From: Nitrosopumilus sp.
GTDB lineage: Archaea; Thermoproteota; Nitrososphaeria; Nitrososphaerales; Nitrosopumilaceae
Reading direction: 5' to 3'
DNA length: 64,000 nt
Assembly (NCBI GenBank): GCA_029250275.1
Contig: JAPFBP010000002.1
Span: 23,014-87,013, forward strand
The first letter of the stretch is position 1. Every line of letters starts with the position of its first letter. Below are positions 29,514 through 39,152 of the stretch, one piece after another. Both the position numbers and the translations under genes were made by a program. The notes below the pieces were generated by a model. That model searched no databases. It was not told where the DNA came from and saw nothing but the letters and a program-made list of their open reading frames with translations.

Positions 29514-30690
29514 GTACTATTTTTCCTCCAATCATTACAGCCTTTATTGCAGATTCAGATGCTCTATGAACAATTGATGCGTGTGGGTTATGCATTGGTT
29601 CTAAATCTAATGCATGTTTATCTAAAAATATACAATCAGCAATTTTTCCAGATTCAATACTTCCAATGTTTCTATTCAAAATTTTTCCGCCGTTTACTGT
29701 TGCCATTTTAAGAATTTCTTTTGCATCAATTCTTTTTTTGTGTAACCCCATAGTTACTTTCCAAATAAAATCCATTTCCCTAAACATATCGGGAGAGTTT
29801 ATCATCACATTATCTGTTCCTAAAGCTAGAGTACAGCCAGATTTTTGCATCAAATCAATGTCAGGAATCCCTTCAGCAAGAGATGAATTAGCTCTGGGAC
29901 AAATTACAATACCTCTTATTTTTTTAGATGCCATTTGAAGATCAGATTTTGAAGCATATGTCATATGAACTAAAAAATCAGGTTTTAAAATTAAAGCCCT
30001 AATTGTTTCAGATTGTCCAGTGATTTTTTTTGATTGGGTGATGCTTTGTTTGGTTTCAGCAGAATGAATTGCTCTAAGCTTTGGTATTTTTGAATAATAA
30101 TTCAAGACAGAATTACTATTTTCATTTGCACCACTAACACCTATACCATCACATTTTTTAAATAATTCAAATAATTCAGAAGATTTCGTACTTGGAAACG
30201 ATGAATTTTTTTTAATTTCTTTGGCATTCTGATAAAATTCCATTCGACCTAAAATAATTGAACGTAAAGGAACATCATTTAGTATTTTTTTTAATAAAAT
30301 GACTCCATCTAATCCCCCTTCTCTGAAATCTACAAAAGTAGTGATTCCTTTTCTAAGCATTGAGTAACAAGTATTTTTCATAAAATTTCCTAAAATCTCA
30401 TTTGATGTATTTTTTAAAATTTTTGATTTTACTCCAAAGACAGGATGAATTTTTTCATCAACTGTATTGTTTAAAGAAATATCTTTCCCAATAGAATCTC
30501 CAATATGTGTATGAGCATTGATGAATCCAGGGATCATCAAGAGCCCTTCACAATCGAGAGATTCTTCTTTTAGAATTGGTTTAATTTTTGATTGAATTTT
30601 TTTAAATTGGTTATTTTGAATTTGGATATCTGTACTTAAAACAAAATCTAAATCTTGGCCAGTTAAAACGCTAATATTTTTAATTAACAT
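29500..30690 (-). CDS. Metal-dependent amidohydrolase (TIM barrel) in the riboflavin operon
   Basis: PGFINAHTH, IHSAE, LVH, ALGTDN, GSIESGKIAD. Confidence 0.88.
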   Translation of the reverse strand: MLIKNISVLTGQDLDFVLSTDIQIQNNQFKKIQSKIKPILKEESLDCEGLLMIPGFINAHTHIGDSIGKDISLNNTVDEKIHPVFGVKSKILKNTSNEILGNFMKNTCYSMLRKGITTFVDFREGGLDGVILLKKILNDVPLRSIILGRMEFYQNAKEIKKNSSFPSTKSSELFELFKKCDGIGVSGANENSNSVLNYYSKIPKLRAIHSAETKQSITQSKKITGQSETIRALILKPDFLVHMTYASKSDLQMASKKIRGIVICPRANSSLAEGIPDIDLMQKSGCTLALGTDNVMINSPDMFREMDFIWKVTMGLHKKRIDAKEILKMATVNGGKILNRNIGSIESGKIADCIFLDKHALDLEPMHNPHASIVHRASESAIKAVMIGGKIVHGKI

Positions 30691-31436
30691 GGTAATTCAT
30701 AAACTTCAAGTTTTTCTTTTCCTGAATCTCGAATTTCGCGTATAATATCAAGGGATTTCGTAGCTAATTTTACTGCCTCTCTACCAGTATTTGCATTACC
30801 AATTCCACAATTCAATAAAATTTCATCATCATTTTTTACAATATTGATAAAATCTTGAACAGATTGTTTTGCTTCATCATTTGATACTATCATAAAATTA
30901 TCACCACCCATAAAAAATGTAAGAGAATTTTTTTCTAGAAAGTATTTAGACATTTTTGAATACAATCCAAATATTATTGATGTAATTTCATAAGGAGAAT
31001 TAGTTTTTCTTTTCGATGTAAGATTATCTACATCTAAATGCATTATTGAAACTTTTGAATCAAAACCATCATAAACAAAACCAAAAATATTATGTTCTGT
31101 GTTTAGGATAATTTTATTTTTCTTTCCTTCATATGCTTTTAAATTTGCTTTAAAAGGTGAATTTCCATAACCAATAGATATTGTTAATCTAACTTCAAAT
31201 GATTTTTTAAGAATTTTTTGGATTTGAATATGATCATCTAAATCTAAACCATTTGAAACTACAAAAAATTCATCTGCTCTATTAAGAAAAACTATACAGT
31301 TTTTTTCAGAAAATAACTTTTGTACTTCTTTGTAAATAGATGCTTGAAGCATTTGGAGTTCATGTTCTCTATCACTGCCAAGAGTTAGTGTCCAAGGACC
31401 ATATTCTGTAATTTTTAAAATGCTCAGTTGAATCAT
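30684..31436 (-). CDS. arfA: GTP cyclohydrolase III (IIa)
   Basis: YGPWTLTLGSDREHELQ.LQA, HLDVD, FFMGGDNF. Confidence 0.92.
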   Translation of the reverse strand: MIQLSILKITEYGPWTLTLGSDREHELQMLQASIYKEVQKLFSEKNCIVFLNRADEFFVVSNGLDLDDHIQIQKILKKSFEVRLTISIGYGNSPFKANLKAYEGKKNKIILNTEHNIFGFVYDGFDSKVSIMHLDVDNLTSKRKTNSPYEITSIIFGLYSKMSKYFLEKNSLTFFMGGDNFMIVSNDEAKQSVQDFINIVKNDDEILLNCGIGNANTGREAVKLATKSLDIIREIRDSGKEKLEVYELPC

Positions 31437-31849
31437 TTTTTAATCCTTTTTAATTCATCAGAAATTTTTACAACAGCTTCTACAGCACGTTCTGCAACGG
31501 GTCGAATTCTAGCATAAGCATGTCTTTCCTGCATTCCAGGACCTGAAATTCCTAAAGAAACAGGCTTTTGATATTTTAATGACAAATTTGTAAGGGCTTG
31601 GACTGCTGCATGAGATATAACTTCATCATGTTTTGTTTGTCCTTTGATGATGGCACCTAAAGTAACTACAGCATCAACATCTTTTTTCTGTAATAATGAA
31701 TCTACTATGATAGGCATATCATAGGCTCCTGGAACCATGCAAGTGTAAGATATTTTTAATTTCATTAGATCTGCTTTTTCTTTGGCAATAGCAAGCATCC
31801 TAGATGTCACTTCCTCATTGAATTCAGAAACAACTATTGCAATATTCAA
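31433..31849 (-). CDS. ribH: 6,7-dimethyl-8-ribityllumazine synthase
   Basis: IVVSEFN, VPGAYDMP, LGAIIKGQTKHDE. Confidence 0.96.
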   Translation of the reverse strand: MNIAIVVSEFNEEVTSRMLAIAKEKADLMKLKISYTCMVPGAYDMPIIVDSLLQKKDVDAVVTLGAIIKGQTKHDEVISHAAVQALTNLSLKYQKPVSLGISGPGMQERHAYARIRPVAERAVEAVVKISDELKRIKK

Positions 31850-31851
31850 AA

Positions 31852-32517
31852 TTAGTTCACCTTAGCGTATTCTAAAAGCTCTTTTCCATCAATTAGTGGA
31901 ATTCCATTTTGCTTTGCAAATTTTTCAGCCTTATCCACCGATAACGCAGTATATGTTTCAGCATCCATCATTTCACATATTGCTGTCACAGGAGTTAAAC
32001 CTGCAATTTGTGCTAAATAAACAGACATTTCTGTATGTCCCTGTCGTGCAGCTAACAAACCTTTGGATGCAATCAATAAAGGAACATGTCCTGGAGTTTT
32101 AAATGATGATGCAAATTTTTTCTGTTTATTTTCAACATGATAGATTTTAGCCATTTCATTAATTGTTAGTGCTCTATCTTTATCAGTAATTCCAGTATAT
32201 GTTTGATAATGATTTACAGATAAAGAGAATGTAGGGTGATCACCGTAAGGTGCTAATCCCATAATCATTTCTTTATTTGAAATTGAAGATTCAGCAAGAA
32301 TTTCATGCATATATTGTAAATCAAGAGATGTCGCAAAATTATTTTCTAATGCAATGCACAACAATCCACCTGCATTCTGTCGCATTCTTGCAACATGTTC
32401 AGGTGTTACAAATTCTGCAGCTACAACCATATCAATTTCATTTTCTCTTCCAGCAGAATCAAATAATAGAATAAATTCTCCACGTTTCAAAAATTGTAAT
32501 GCAGAATCAAGAGACAT
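31852..32517 (-). CDS. ribB: 3,4-dihydroxy-2-butanone-4-phosphate synthase
   Basis: RENEIDM, TGITDKDRA, PGHV, RQGHTE, ICEM. Confidence 0.95.
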   Translation of the reverse strand: MSLDSALQFLKRGEFILLFDSAGRENEIDMVVAAEFVTPEHVARMRQNAGGLLCIALENNFATSLDLQYMHEILAESSISNKEMIMGLAPYGDHPTFSLSVNHYQTYTGITDKDRALTINEMAKIYHVENKQKKFASSFKTPGHVPLLIASKGLLAARQGHTEMSVYLAQIAGLTPVTAICEMMDAETYTALSVDKAEKFAKQNGIPLIDGKELLEYAKVN

Positions 32518-32594
32518 AAGAAAAAACTTCTTAATCTAATTATAAAGTTTACTAAAAAATTGGTAATTACCATTAAAATTGTAGATAATTGGCT

Positions 32595-33179
32595 TTACTT
32601 TAAAATGTATTTTCCAAGAATATCAGTTTCAATATTAACTTTATCGCCTATTTTTTTGGTATGAAAATTTGTTACATCAATAGTATGAGGAATCAGAGAC
32701 ACTGATGCAAGAGTATTTTTGATGTCAACAACAGTTAAACTAATTCCATCTATTGTAATAGAACCTTTTTTCACTACAAATTTAGATAGTTTTTTTGGAA
32801 TTTCAAACCATACTTGTACTTCTTTAGGTTTTTTTAGAATTTTTTTAATTATAGCAACTCCATCGACATGACCTAAAACAAAATGCCCTTCAAGTCGATC
32901 ACCTGCTTTTAAACTACGTTCAATATTTACAATTCCTCCAACTTTTAAATTTCCAAGATCAGTTTTTTTTGTAGTTTCTTCAATCATTTCAAAAATACAA
33001 GAGGATTTAGAAAGTTTAGTTGCCGTAAGGCAAACACCATTTAGAGCAACACTTTGTCCAATTTTTAATCCCTTTACATGTTTTCCTAAATTTACAGTCA
33101 TTTGAATATCACTTCTGTTTTTTGTATTTTTAGAAATTTTTTCTACTTTTCCAATTCCTTCAACAATTCCTGTAAACAT
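32595..33179 (-). CDS. ribE: Riboflavin synthase, bacterial alpha-chain type
   Basis: N-terminal MFTGIVE, NGVCLT, NIER..GHFVLGHVD, DGISLTV, VNIETD. Confidence 0.96.
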   Translation of the reverse strand: MFTGIVEGIGKVEKISKNTKNRSDIQMTVNLGKHVKGLKIGQSVALNGVCLTATKLSKSSCIFEMIEETTKKTDLGNLKVGGIVNIERSLKAGDRLEGHFVLGHVDGVAIIKKILKKPKEVQVWFEIPKKLSKFVVKKGSITIDGISLTVVDIKNTLASVSLIPHTIDVTNFHTKKIGDKVNIETDILGKYILK

Positions 33180-33212
33180 TATGGAGTCTATTGTATTTGT
33201 GTATAAAATGAT

Positions 33213-33926
33213 TTAGATGTCAGATGGGTTATTAGATTTTTTAAATTCATCATCACAAAATTGATGGAAAATAGAACACCTGTTTTTTTTAGCATCATTT
33301 TTAATTTTTTCCATATCTTTATTGAGAATTCCTTGAGCAGCTAAAAATGATTCATCAGCCATACCTAATTTTTCAAATAATCGTGATTTTGCAATTGGTA
33401 ATTCTTTTAATTTTGAATCAATTAGTTGTGCTCTATCATAGTAATCAATAGCATCTTGATAATTACCTAGATGACTTAAGGAGATAGCCTTATTCATTAA
33501 AGCCGTAATATCTTTTGGATCTATTAGAAGTGATGTTTCATAACATTCAAGAGCTTCTTTATGGCGATTTAATTCATTTAGAGACAACCCCATACTGTTT
33601 AGAGCCCAAATATCTTTTGAGTTAGTTGAAAGAATTTGTTTGCACAATTCTAAAACTTGTTCATATTGTTTCAAATTTTCAAGAGCAAAAATCTTATTTT
33701 TTAGTGCATACGTATCAGAATTTTTTATTTCTAAAACTTTATTACAATAATCAATTGCCTCGTCGTATTTTTTTAGATAAATTAAAGATAATGAAATATT
33801 TTGTAATGCAACCATGTCATTTGGGATTTTTTCTAGTAATTTTTTGCAATAAGCATACATCTCATCATACTTTTCACCATTAAACATCCTAGTTATCACA
33901 TTTGAAGGATCAAAAAGATCAACCAT
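33213..33926 (-). CDS. Tetratricopeptide repeat protein
   Basis: Repeated A..N.G..L..L..Y.EA...Y..AL.I.P units. Confidence 0.9.
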   Translation of the reverse strand: MVDLFDPSNVITRMFNGEKYDEMYAYCKKLLEKIPNDMVALQNISLSLIYLKKYDEAIDYCNKVLEIKNSDTYALKNKIFALENLKQYEQVLELCKQILSTNSKDIWALNSMGLSLNELNRHKEALECYETSLLIDPKDITALMNKAISLSHLGNYQDAIDYYDRAQLIDSKLKELPIAKSRLFEKLGMADESFLAAQGILNKDMEKIKNDAKKNRCSIFHQFCDDEFKKSNNPSDI

Positions 33927-33997
33927 TTTACTATATTTATTAAATATTCATTATCTTTAATCTATTCTAATTAAAACAGAAATTTTAAGAAATAAGT

Positions 33998-34141
33998 CTA
34001 TTTTAAAATTTTACGTAGTGATTCGTTTATCACTTTAGAATAACTATATGACGACTGTTCGTGTTGAATCATTTTTGCTTGACGTAATCTCAGTTTTTTG
34101 TCAAGATCATCATCAATCATGATTGTTACACGTTTACTCAT
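33998..34141 (-). CDS. 47-aa ribbon-helix-helix-like microprotein, not in ORF track
   Basis: Manually translated: MSKRVTIMIDDDLDKKLRLRQAKMIQHEQSSYSYSKVINESLRKILK. Confidence 0.75.
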   Translation of the reverse strand: MSKRVTIMIDDDLDKKLRLRQAKMIQHEQSSYSYSKVINESLRKILK

Positions 34142-34258
34142 TTGTATCTACTAAATTGTATGAATTTTTCAATATAAGAGTATATGAAAAATTCCAAAAT
34201 TGGGAAATTTTATTTATTAATGATAGAGTTATGGGAACAAGTTTACTAGAAAAAATAC

Positions 34259-35113
34259 TCATTTTGTAAGATCGAGAAGAGCTTTTGCTTGTTTGAAATG
34301 TACCTCATCAATCATTTTTCCTTCTACAGTGGTTGCACCTTTACCTTTCTTTATTGATTCAAGATAAATTTTGCATACTTTTTCAGCCCAAGATATTTCA
34401 TTTTTGTTAGGATGGAATAATTTGTGGACAATAGATATTTGATCCGGGTGTATGATACTTTTTCCAGTATATCCCAGACTTTTCCCTAATTTACAATCTT
34501 TTTCTAATCCTTTAGAATCTTTAAGATCTTGCCAGATAGAATCAATTACTGCAACTCCTGCTGCATGTGCATCCACAGGTATTTTTCTTCTAGAATATTT
34601 TTCTCCTTCAGAATCTTTTGTATATTCTACTCCTAAGTCATTCAACAAATCAAATACACCAAAAACAACTGCACAAACTCGCTTTCCAAAAGATGCAATA
34701 TCAAATGTATTCACCACACCTTCTGCAGATTCAATTGAAGGAATAATTTGAATTGGTTTTAGTTTCCGAGTTTTTTCTAAATCAGATAATATTTTTTCAA
34801 TTTTTTTCATTTCTTTTACATTGTTAACTTTGGGGATTACAATTCCATCAATGCCTTTTTGTACAATTTCTTTAAGATCAGATGTAATTTTTCCAGAACT
34901 TGGAGAATTTGTTCTGACAAAAATTGATGATTCGTACAATTTTCTGGATTTTAATGCAGATTTGATAAGTTTTCGTGCATTTATTTTTTCATTATCCGGA
35001 ACAGAGTCTTCTAAATCAAAACAAACAATGTCAGCTTGGAGTGTTTTTGCTTTTTCTAAGAATCTGGAATTATTTCCAGGGACAAAAATTAGACTTCGAA
35101 AAAGCTGAGTCAT
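34259..35113 (-). CDS. CitE-like CoA-ester lyase (HpcH/HpaI family)
   Basis: RSLIFVPG, FDLEDSV, VRTN, IPKV, IESAEG, GKSIIHPDQ, GKMIDEVH. Confidence 0.92.
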   Translation of the reverse strand: MTQLFRSLIFVPGNNSRFLEKAKTLQADIVCFDLEDSVPDNEKINARKLIKSALKSRKLYESSIFVRTNSPSSGKITSDLKEIVQKGIDGIVIPKVNNVKEMKKIEKILSDLEKTRKLKPIQIIPSIESAEGVVNTFDIASFGKRVCAVVFGVFDLLNDLGVEYTKDSEGEKYSRRKIPVDAHAAGVAVIDSIWQDLKDSKGLEKDCKLGKSLGYTGKSIIHPDQISIVHKLFHPNKNEISWAEKVCKIYLESIKKGKGATTVEGKMIDEVHFKQAKALLDLTK

Positions 35114-35120
35114 TAAATGA

Positions 35121-36197
35121 CTATACGCCTTCTGGCTTTAGTAAGATTTTGCCAAAGAATTTACCTTCAAGCATTTTTGTATGTGCTTCTGCTGCTTGTT
35201 CAAACGTATATGTTGAATCGATTTCAGCTTTTATCTTGCCTTTTCCCATCCAATACAATCCTTCATCCATTTCTGCTTTTGTTCCTTGAGTAGAACCAAG
35301 AACATTGATGCCTTTGAAGAAAATATGTCTTAGATCAATATTTGCATCATAGCCGGTTGTAGCCCCACATGATACAAGAGTTCCACCATAGTTTAGCAGT
35401 GTTAATTGTTTGTTGAAGTGTGTTTGACCAATATGATCAAATGTAAGATCTATTCCAGGTCTAACTCCTGTCTTTGCAGATATATCTTTTGTAATTTTAT
35501 AGACTTCTTTGTGCCAATCATCTTTTCTATGATCAACGGCATAATCTGCTCCTAGAGATAGACATTTGTCTAGTTTGTCTGGACTTGCAGTTGCTATAAC
35601 AGTACAATTGTATAGTTTTGCAATTTGAATACCAAAACTACCAACACCTGAACCACCACCCATAATTAAAACAGTTTGTCCCGGTGTGATTTTGGCTCTT
35701 CCTACTAACATATGCCAAGAGGTAAGAATTGTCATTGATGCAGCTGCTGCTTGATCATATGATACACTTTCTGGAATTTTTGATACATTAACTTCAGGTA
35801 AATGCACTAGTTCGCTGTAGGCTCCCCAATTTGGACCTGTTTGGAATCCCCAAACTTGTCTGTTAGTACAATCAAATTCTCTACCAGAGGTACATTGTTG
35901 ACATACTCTACATGAAAGATTAGAGTGAGATACTACTCTATCGCCAACTTTGATAGTTGTAACATCATCACCAACTGCTACTACATCTCCTGCAGCATCA
36001 GAACCTGATACATGTGGTAATGGTATAGCAATAGGAACTCCTCTCATTCCCCAAATATCATTATAATTCAGAGCAGCAGCTTTCACTTTTATTATAACTT
36101 CATTTGCTTTTGGTTTTGGATCATCTATATCCTTGACTTTGAGGATTTTAGCATAATTATCATCTGGTGCATATTCATTGTATACAACGGCTTTCAT
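35121..36197 (-). CDS. Zinc-containing medium-chain dehydrogenase/reductase
   Basis: AAALNYND, PHVSGSDAAG, C-x2-C-x2-C-x7-C structural zinc, GGGSGVG, GKFFGKI. Confidence 0.92.
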   Translation of the reverse strand: MKAVVYNEYAPDDNYAKILKVKDIDDPKPKANEVIIKVKAAALNYNDIWGMRGVPIAIPLPHVSGSDAAGDVVAVGDDVTTIKVGDRVVSHSNLSCRVCQQCTSGREFDCTNRQVWGFQTGPNWGAYSELVHLPEVNVSKIPESVSYDQAAAASMTILTSWHMLVGRAKITPGQTVLIMGGGSGVGSFGIQIAKLYNCTVIATASPDKLDKCLSLGADYAVDHRKDDWHKEVYKITKDISAKTGVRPGIDLTFDHIGQTHFNKQLTLLNYGGTLVSCGATTGYDANIDLRHIFFKGINVLGSTQGTKAEMDEGLYWMGKGKIKAEIDSTYTFEQAAEAHTKMLEGKFFGKILLKPEGV

Positions 36198-36238
36198 ACG
36201 TTTAGTGATTTTTTTGCTACCTTTATATTTTTTCTGTA

Positions 36239-36520
36239 TTAAATACGATTTATCTTAAAATCACGTTTTGGTTGCTGCGTAGATAGTAAAATTTGCTTTA
36301 ATTGCTCATCTGTAATTTGGCCAGGAATTCTTGATTGTGTAGCCATGCCAATTAGATATTGTTCAACCATTTCAGAAAGTTCAGGTTTCACCATTTTGAT
36401 ATTGTTTAGTCGCATTCTAGCTTCAGGAGTTAAAACTTGTTTTAGAATTTGCTCTTTTTGTGCAGCGAATTCATGATTAGTTTTATCGATAGGAGGTTCG
36501 TTAGATTCTGGAAAACTCAT
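36239..36520 (-). CDS. PDCD5/TFAR19-like DNA-binding protein
   Basis: LTPEARMRLNNIKMVKPE, ITDEQLKQIL. Confidence 0.93.
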   Translation of the reverse strand: MSFPESNEPPIDKTNHEFAAQKEQILKQVLTPEARMRLNNIKMVKPELSEMVEQYLIGMATQSRIPGQITDEQLKQILLSTQQPKRDFKINRI

Positions 36521-36527
36521 TTTAAAT

Positions 36528-36980
36528 CTAAGAATATATTTTTAATTTAGGATTTTCAACAATTAGTTCTTTAAGAATTTCTGTTGATAATCTATCTAGT
36601 TTTTGCATTCCTTGTTTAGAAACGATACGCCCTTTCTTCTCAACTTTTTCTAGATAACCAAGTTTTTCTAATCCTTGAATTGCATTACGAATAATTGCAC
36701 CACTAGCATCTTTATGATGTGCGGCTCCATATCCAGACGGCTTACCACCACCATAATCATTTCTTAAAGCATTAATTCCGATTGGACCATTAAGGTAAAT
36801 TTTTCTCATAATTGAAGCACATCTTGTTTGCCACCATTCTCTATCTTGAGGAGGTTTTTCTGCATGAGCTCCAGTTTTGACAAATGGTATCCAAGAAGGT
36901 GCAGGAATGTCTTCACTCTTTAGTGCTGCAGATAGTCTTTCTATCAATATATCTGCGGGTACATCGTATACCTTTGCCAT
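36528..36980 (-). CDS. rps19e: 30S ribosomal protein S19e
   Basis: YDVPA, VKTG..AE.PP..WWQTRCASIMRK, IIRNAIQGLEKLG. Confidence 0.97.
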   Translation of the reverse strand: MAKVYDVPADILIERLSAALKSEDIPAPSWIPFVKTGAHAEKPPQDREWWQTRCASIMRKIYLNGPIGINALRNDYGGGKPSGYGAAHHKDASGAIIRNAIQGLEKLGYLEKVEKKGRIVSKQGMQKLDRLSTEILKELIVENPKLKIYS

Positions 36981-37146
36981 AAAGTCAAAAACTCGATAAT
37001 CGTCTTATAAATCATTGAGATATGGTGTCAAGTTTGGTAAACATATTCCTTCCAGAAATTATAGATCTATTAATTGAGTTGAAAGGATTTCTATTATAAT
37101 TTCAGTGTGGCTTAATTTATGAAAACCTTGAACGTAAATTTTTGAT

Positions 37147-38178
37147 TTATATAATTTCAGATGCTGCCTTTTGTAATCTATTCATTATAGCAAATCCAAG
37201 ATTAGAGTTGTTAATTTCTCTTACAATAATGATATCTGCATTTTCTTTATCAAATTCTCTAAATATTTTGTAGATATTTTTTGCGATTAGATCTTTCTCA
37301 TATCCAATGAATTTTGATATTATCAAAGGATTTTTCTGAATAGATTTGTAATTGATAAGTCTTATAGATTTATTTTCTAAAAGTAGTTTTTGAATCAAAG
37401 ATTCAATCTTTTGTTGTGAATTTTTTGTACTGCCTTTAACAAGTATGACTTTAGCGTTTGGAGAATAATGTTTGTATTTCATCCCTGGTGATTTTGGTGC
37501 AATTCTTGATTTTTTTCCTAATAAGATTGGATGATATTCAACATTTTTCAATATTTTTTTTAATTCTGAAAGAGAAATTCCGCCAGGTCGTAATATTGTA
37601 GGAATTTTGGATGTCAGATCTAATACTGTAGATTCAATACCAATTCTAGTTTGTCCGCCATCAATTATGATATCAATTTTACCATTTAAATCATCAAAGA
37701 CATGTTTTGCCATAGTTGGACTTGGCTTTCCAAAAAGATTTGCAGATGGAGCTACTATAGGATGTCCTAAAGATTTAATCAAAGATAATGCAATTTTATT
37801 TGATGGCATTCTTAATGCTACAGTGTCTTGTTTCCCAGTTGCAATTTGTGGTATAGTTTTAGATTTTTTTAATATTAATGTAAGAGGTCCTGGCCAGAAT
37901 TTTTTTATTAGTTTTTGAGTTATTTCAGGAATATGTTTTGCTAGTATCTCTATATCTTGCTTGTTTGCAATATGAAAAATTAGTGGGTTGTCAGATGGTC
38001 TATTTTTTACTTTAAAAATTTTTTTAATTGCTTTAGGATTAAGACCGTCTGCCCCTAAACCATAAACAGTTTCAGTTGGAAATGCAACTATTCCACCATT
38101 TTTTAAAACTGTAGTACATTTTGCAATAGTAGATTGTTGAGGATTATTCGAGTTTATCTTTATAATTTTAGTTTTCAA
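37147..38178 (-). CDS. sua5: L-threonylcarbamoyladenylate synthase Sua5
   Basis: FPTETVYGLG, RPSDNPLI, WPGPLT, APSAN, GIESTV, SPGMKYKHYSP, NRLQKAA. Confidence 0.96.
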   Translation of the reverse strand: MKTKIIKINSNNPQQSTIAKCTTVLKNGGIVAFPTETVYGLGADGLNPKAIKKIFKVKNRPSDNPLIFHIANKQDIEILAKHIPEITQKLIKKFWPGPLTLILKKSKTIPQIATGKQDTVALRMPSNKIALSLIKSLGHPIVAPSANLFGKPSPTMAKHVFDDLNGKIDIIIDGGQTRIGIESTVLDLTSKIPTILRPGGISLSELKKILKNVEYHPILLGKKSRIAPKSPGMKYKHYSPNAKVILVKGSTKNSQQKIESLIQKLLLENKSIRLINYKSIQKNPLIISKFIGYEKDLIAKNIYKIFREFDKENADIIIVREINNSNLGFAIMNRLQKAASEII

Positions 38179-38469
38179 TATTAAAATTATATATTTTGGA
38201 TATTAAATTCATGTCGTAAACTTTTCTAGTGTATCTTCAAGGCAGAAGATTCTTGGAGATTCAGCATAAAATTATGAGAACGGAGTTTTAATTTCTAATT
38301 TTTATTTTTGAACTATAATTTAACATATGAAATATGGACCATTTCTTTTAATGAGTGGTTTTAAAATTTAGGCATAATTTATGGTTCAAAAGAGGTCTTT
38401 AATTAGACTCTGTTGATTTTGCCACTAATTGTATATTGAGTTTAAAAAATTAGTATTTAATTCATAATG

Positions 38470-38838
38470 CTAACCCAGTGAAGATATTTTTTCCTTAATA
38501 CCTATCTTGTATGCTTCCTCGATAGTAGATACAAAAATCATACCATCCCCGTCATTACCTCTGTAAGCTGAATCCATAATTGCAGACACTATAGAATCTA
38601 CTTTTGAATCATCAACTACTGTAGTTATGGTATCAATTCGATTATAATCTGCAATGTATTTTACAGTACCTCTACTTCCTCCTACCATTGGTCTATCTCC
38701 ATTACCTTTGCCTCTACTTTCTACTAGAGTAACGCCTTTTGCACCTGCATTAAGAATACTATCAATTACTTCCCTACGTCTCATACTAGGTACCATTGCG
38801 TCAATTCTTTTCATTATAATTTTCGCATATATCACCAT
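38470..38838 (-). CDS. glnB: P-II family nitrogen regulatory protein (start likely MKRID at 38814)
   Basis: GAKGVT..SRGKG, T-loop ending RG..Y, GDGMIFVS; divergent copy. Confidence 0.85.
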   Translation of the reverse strand: MVIYAKIIMKRIDAMVPSMRRREVIDSILNAGAKGVTLVESRGKGNGDRPMVGGSRGTVKYIADYNRIDTITTVVDDSKVDSIVSAIMDSAYRGNDGDGMIFVSTIEEAYKIGIKEKISSLG

Positions 38839-39038
38839 TTAAAAAATTTATCATTATTATTAAAATTTGAATAAATTCATGTTATTTTGCATATTTGATA
38901 CGCATTATTTTATAAACAATGTATTATGTGTTAAACTGGAAAACCAATAATGAGTTCTAAAAATGATATTTTGATTGTAGAGACAGCCTAGCCATTGGAA
39001 TGCTTCTAAAAAACTATTCTAAAACTACTGAACTTCAA

Positions 39039-39059
39039 TATCTGAATCTAATTCAGATA
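39039..39059. repeat. 9-3-9 inverted repeat tatctgaat-cta-attcagata
   Basis: Read directly; lies between the rnp4 3' end and the glnB start. Confidence 0.7.
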
Positions 39060-39152
39060 AGAGTCCATTCCACCATTTTGGGATAAATTCAGACATAATA
39101 GAAACGATTCTGCTTTCTTTATAGATCTTACGTATAGGAATGAAAATTACAT

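Noticed and set aside
38179-38469. ncRNA or ORF in the sua5-glnB spacer (also 36981-37146 and 20872-21221)
   Set aside because: AT-rich with no GC-rich stems and no convincing reading frame by eye; could be eroded remnants but cannot be supported.
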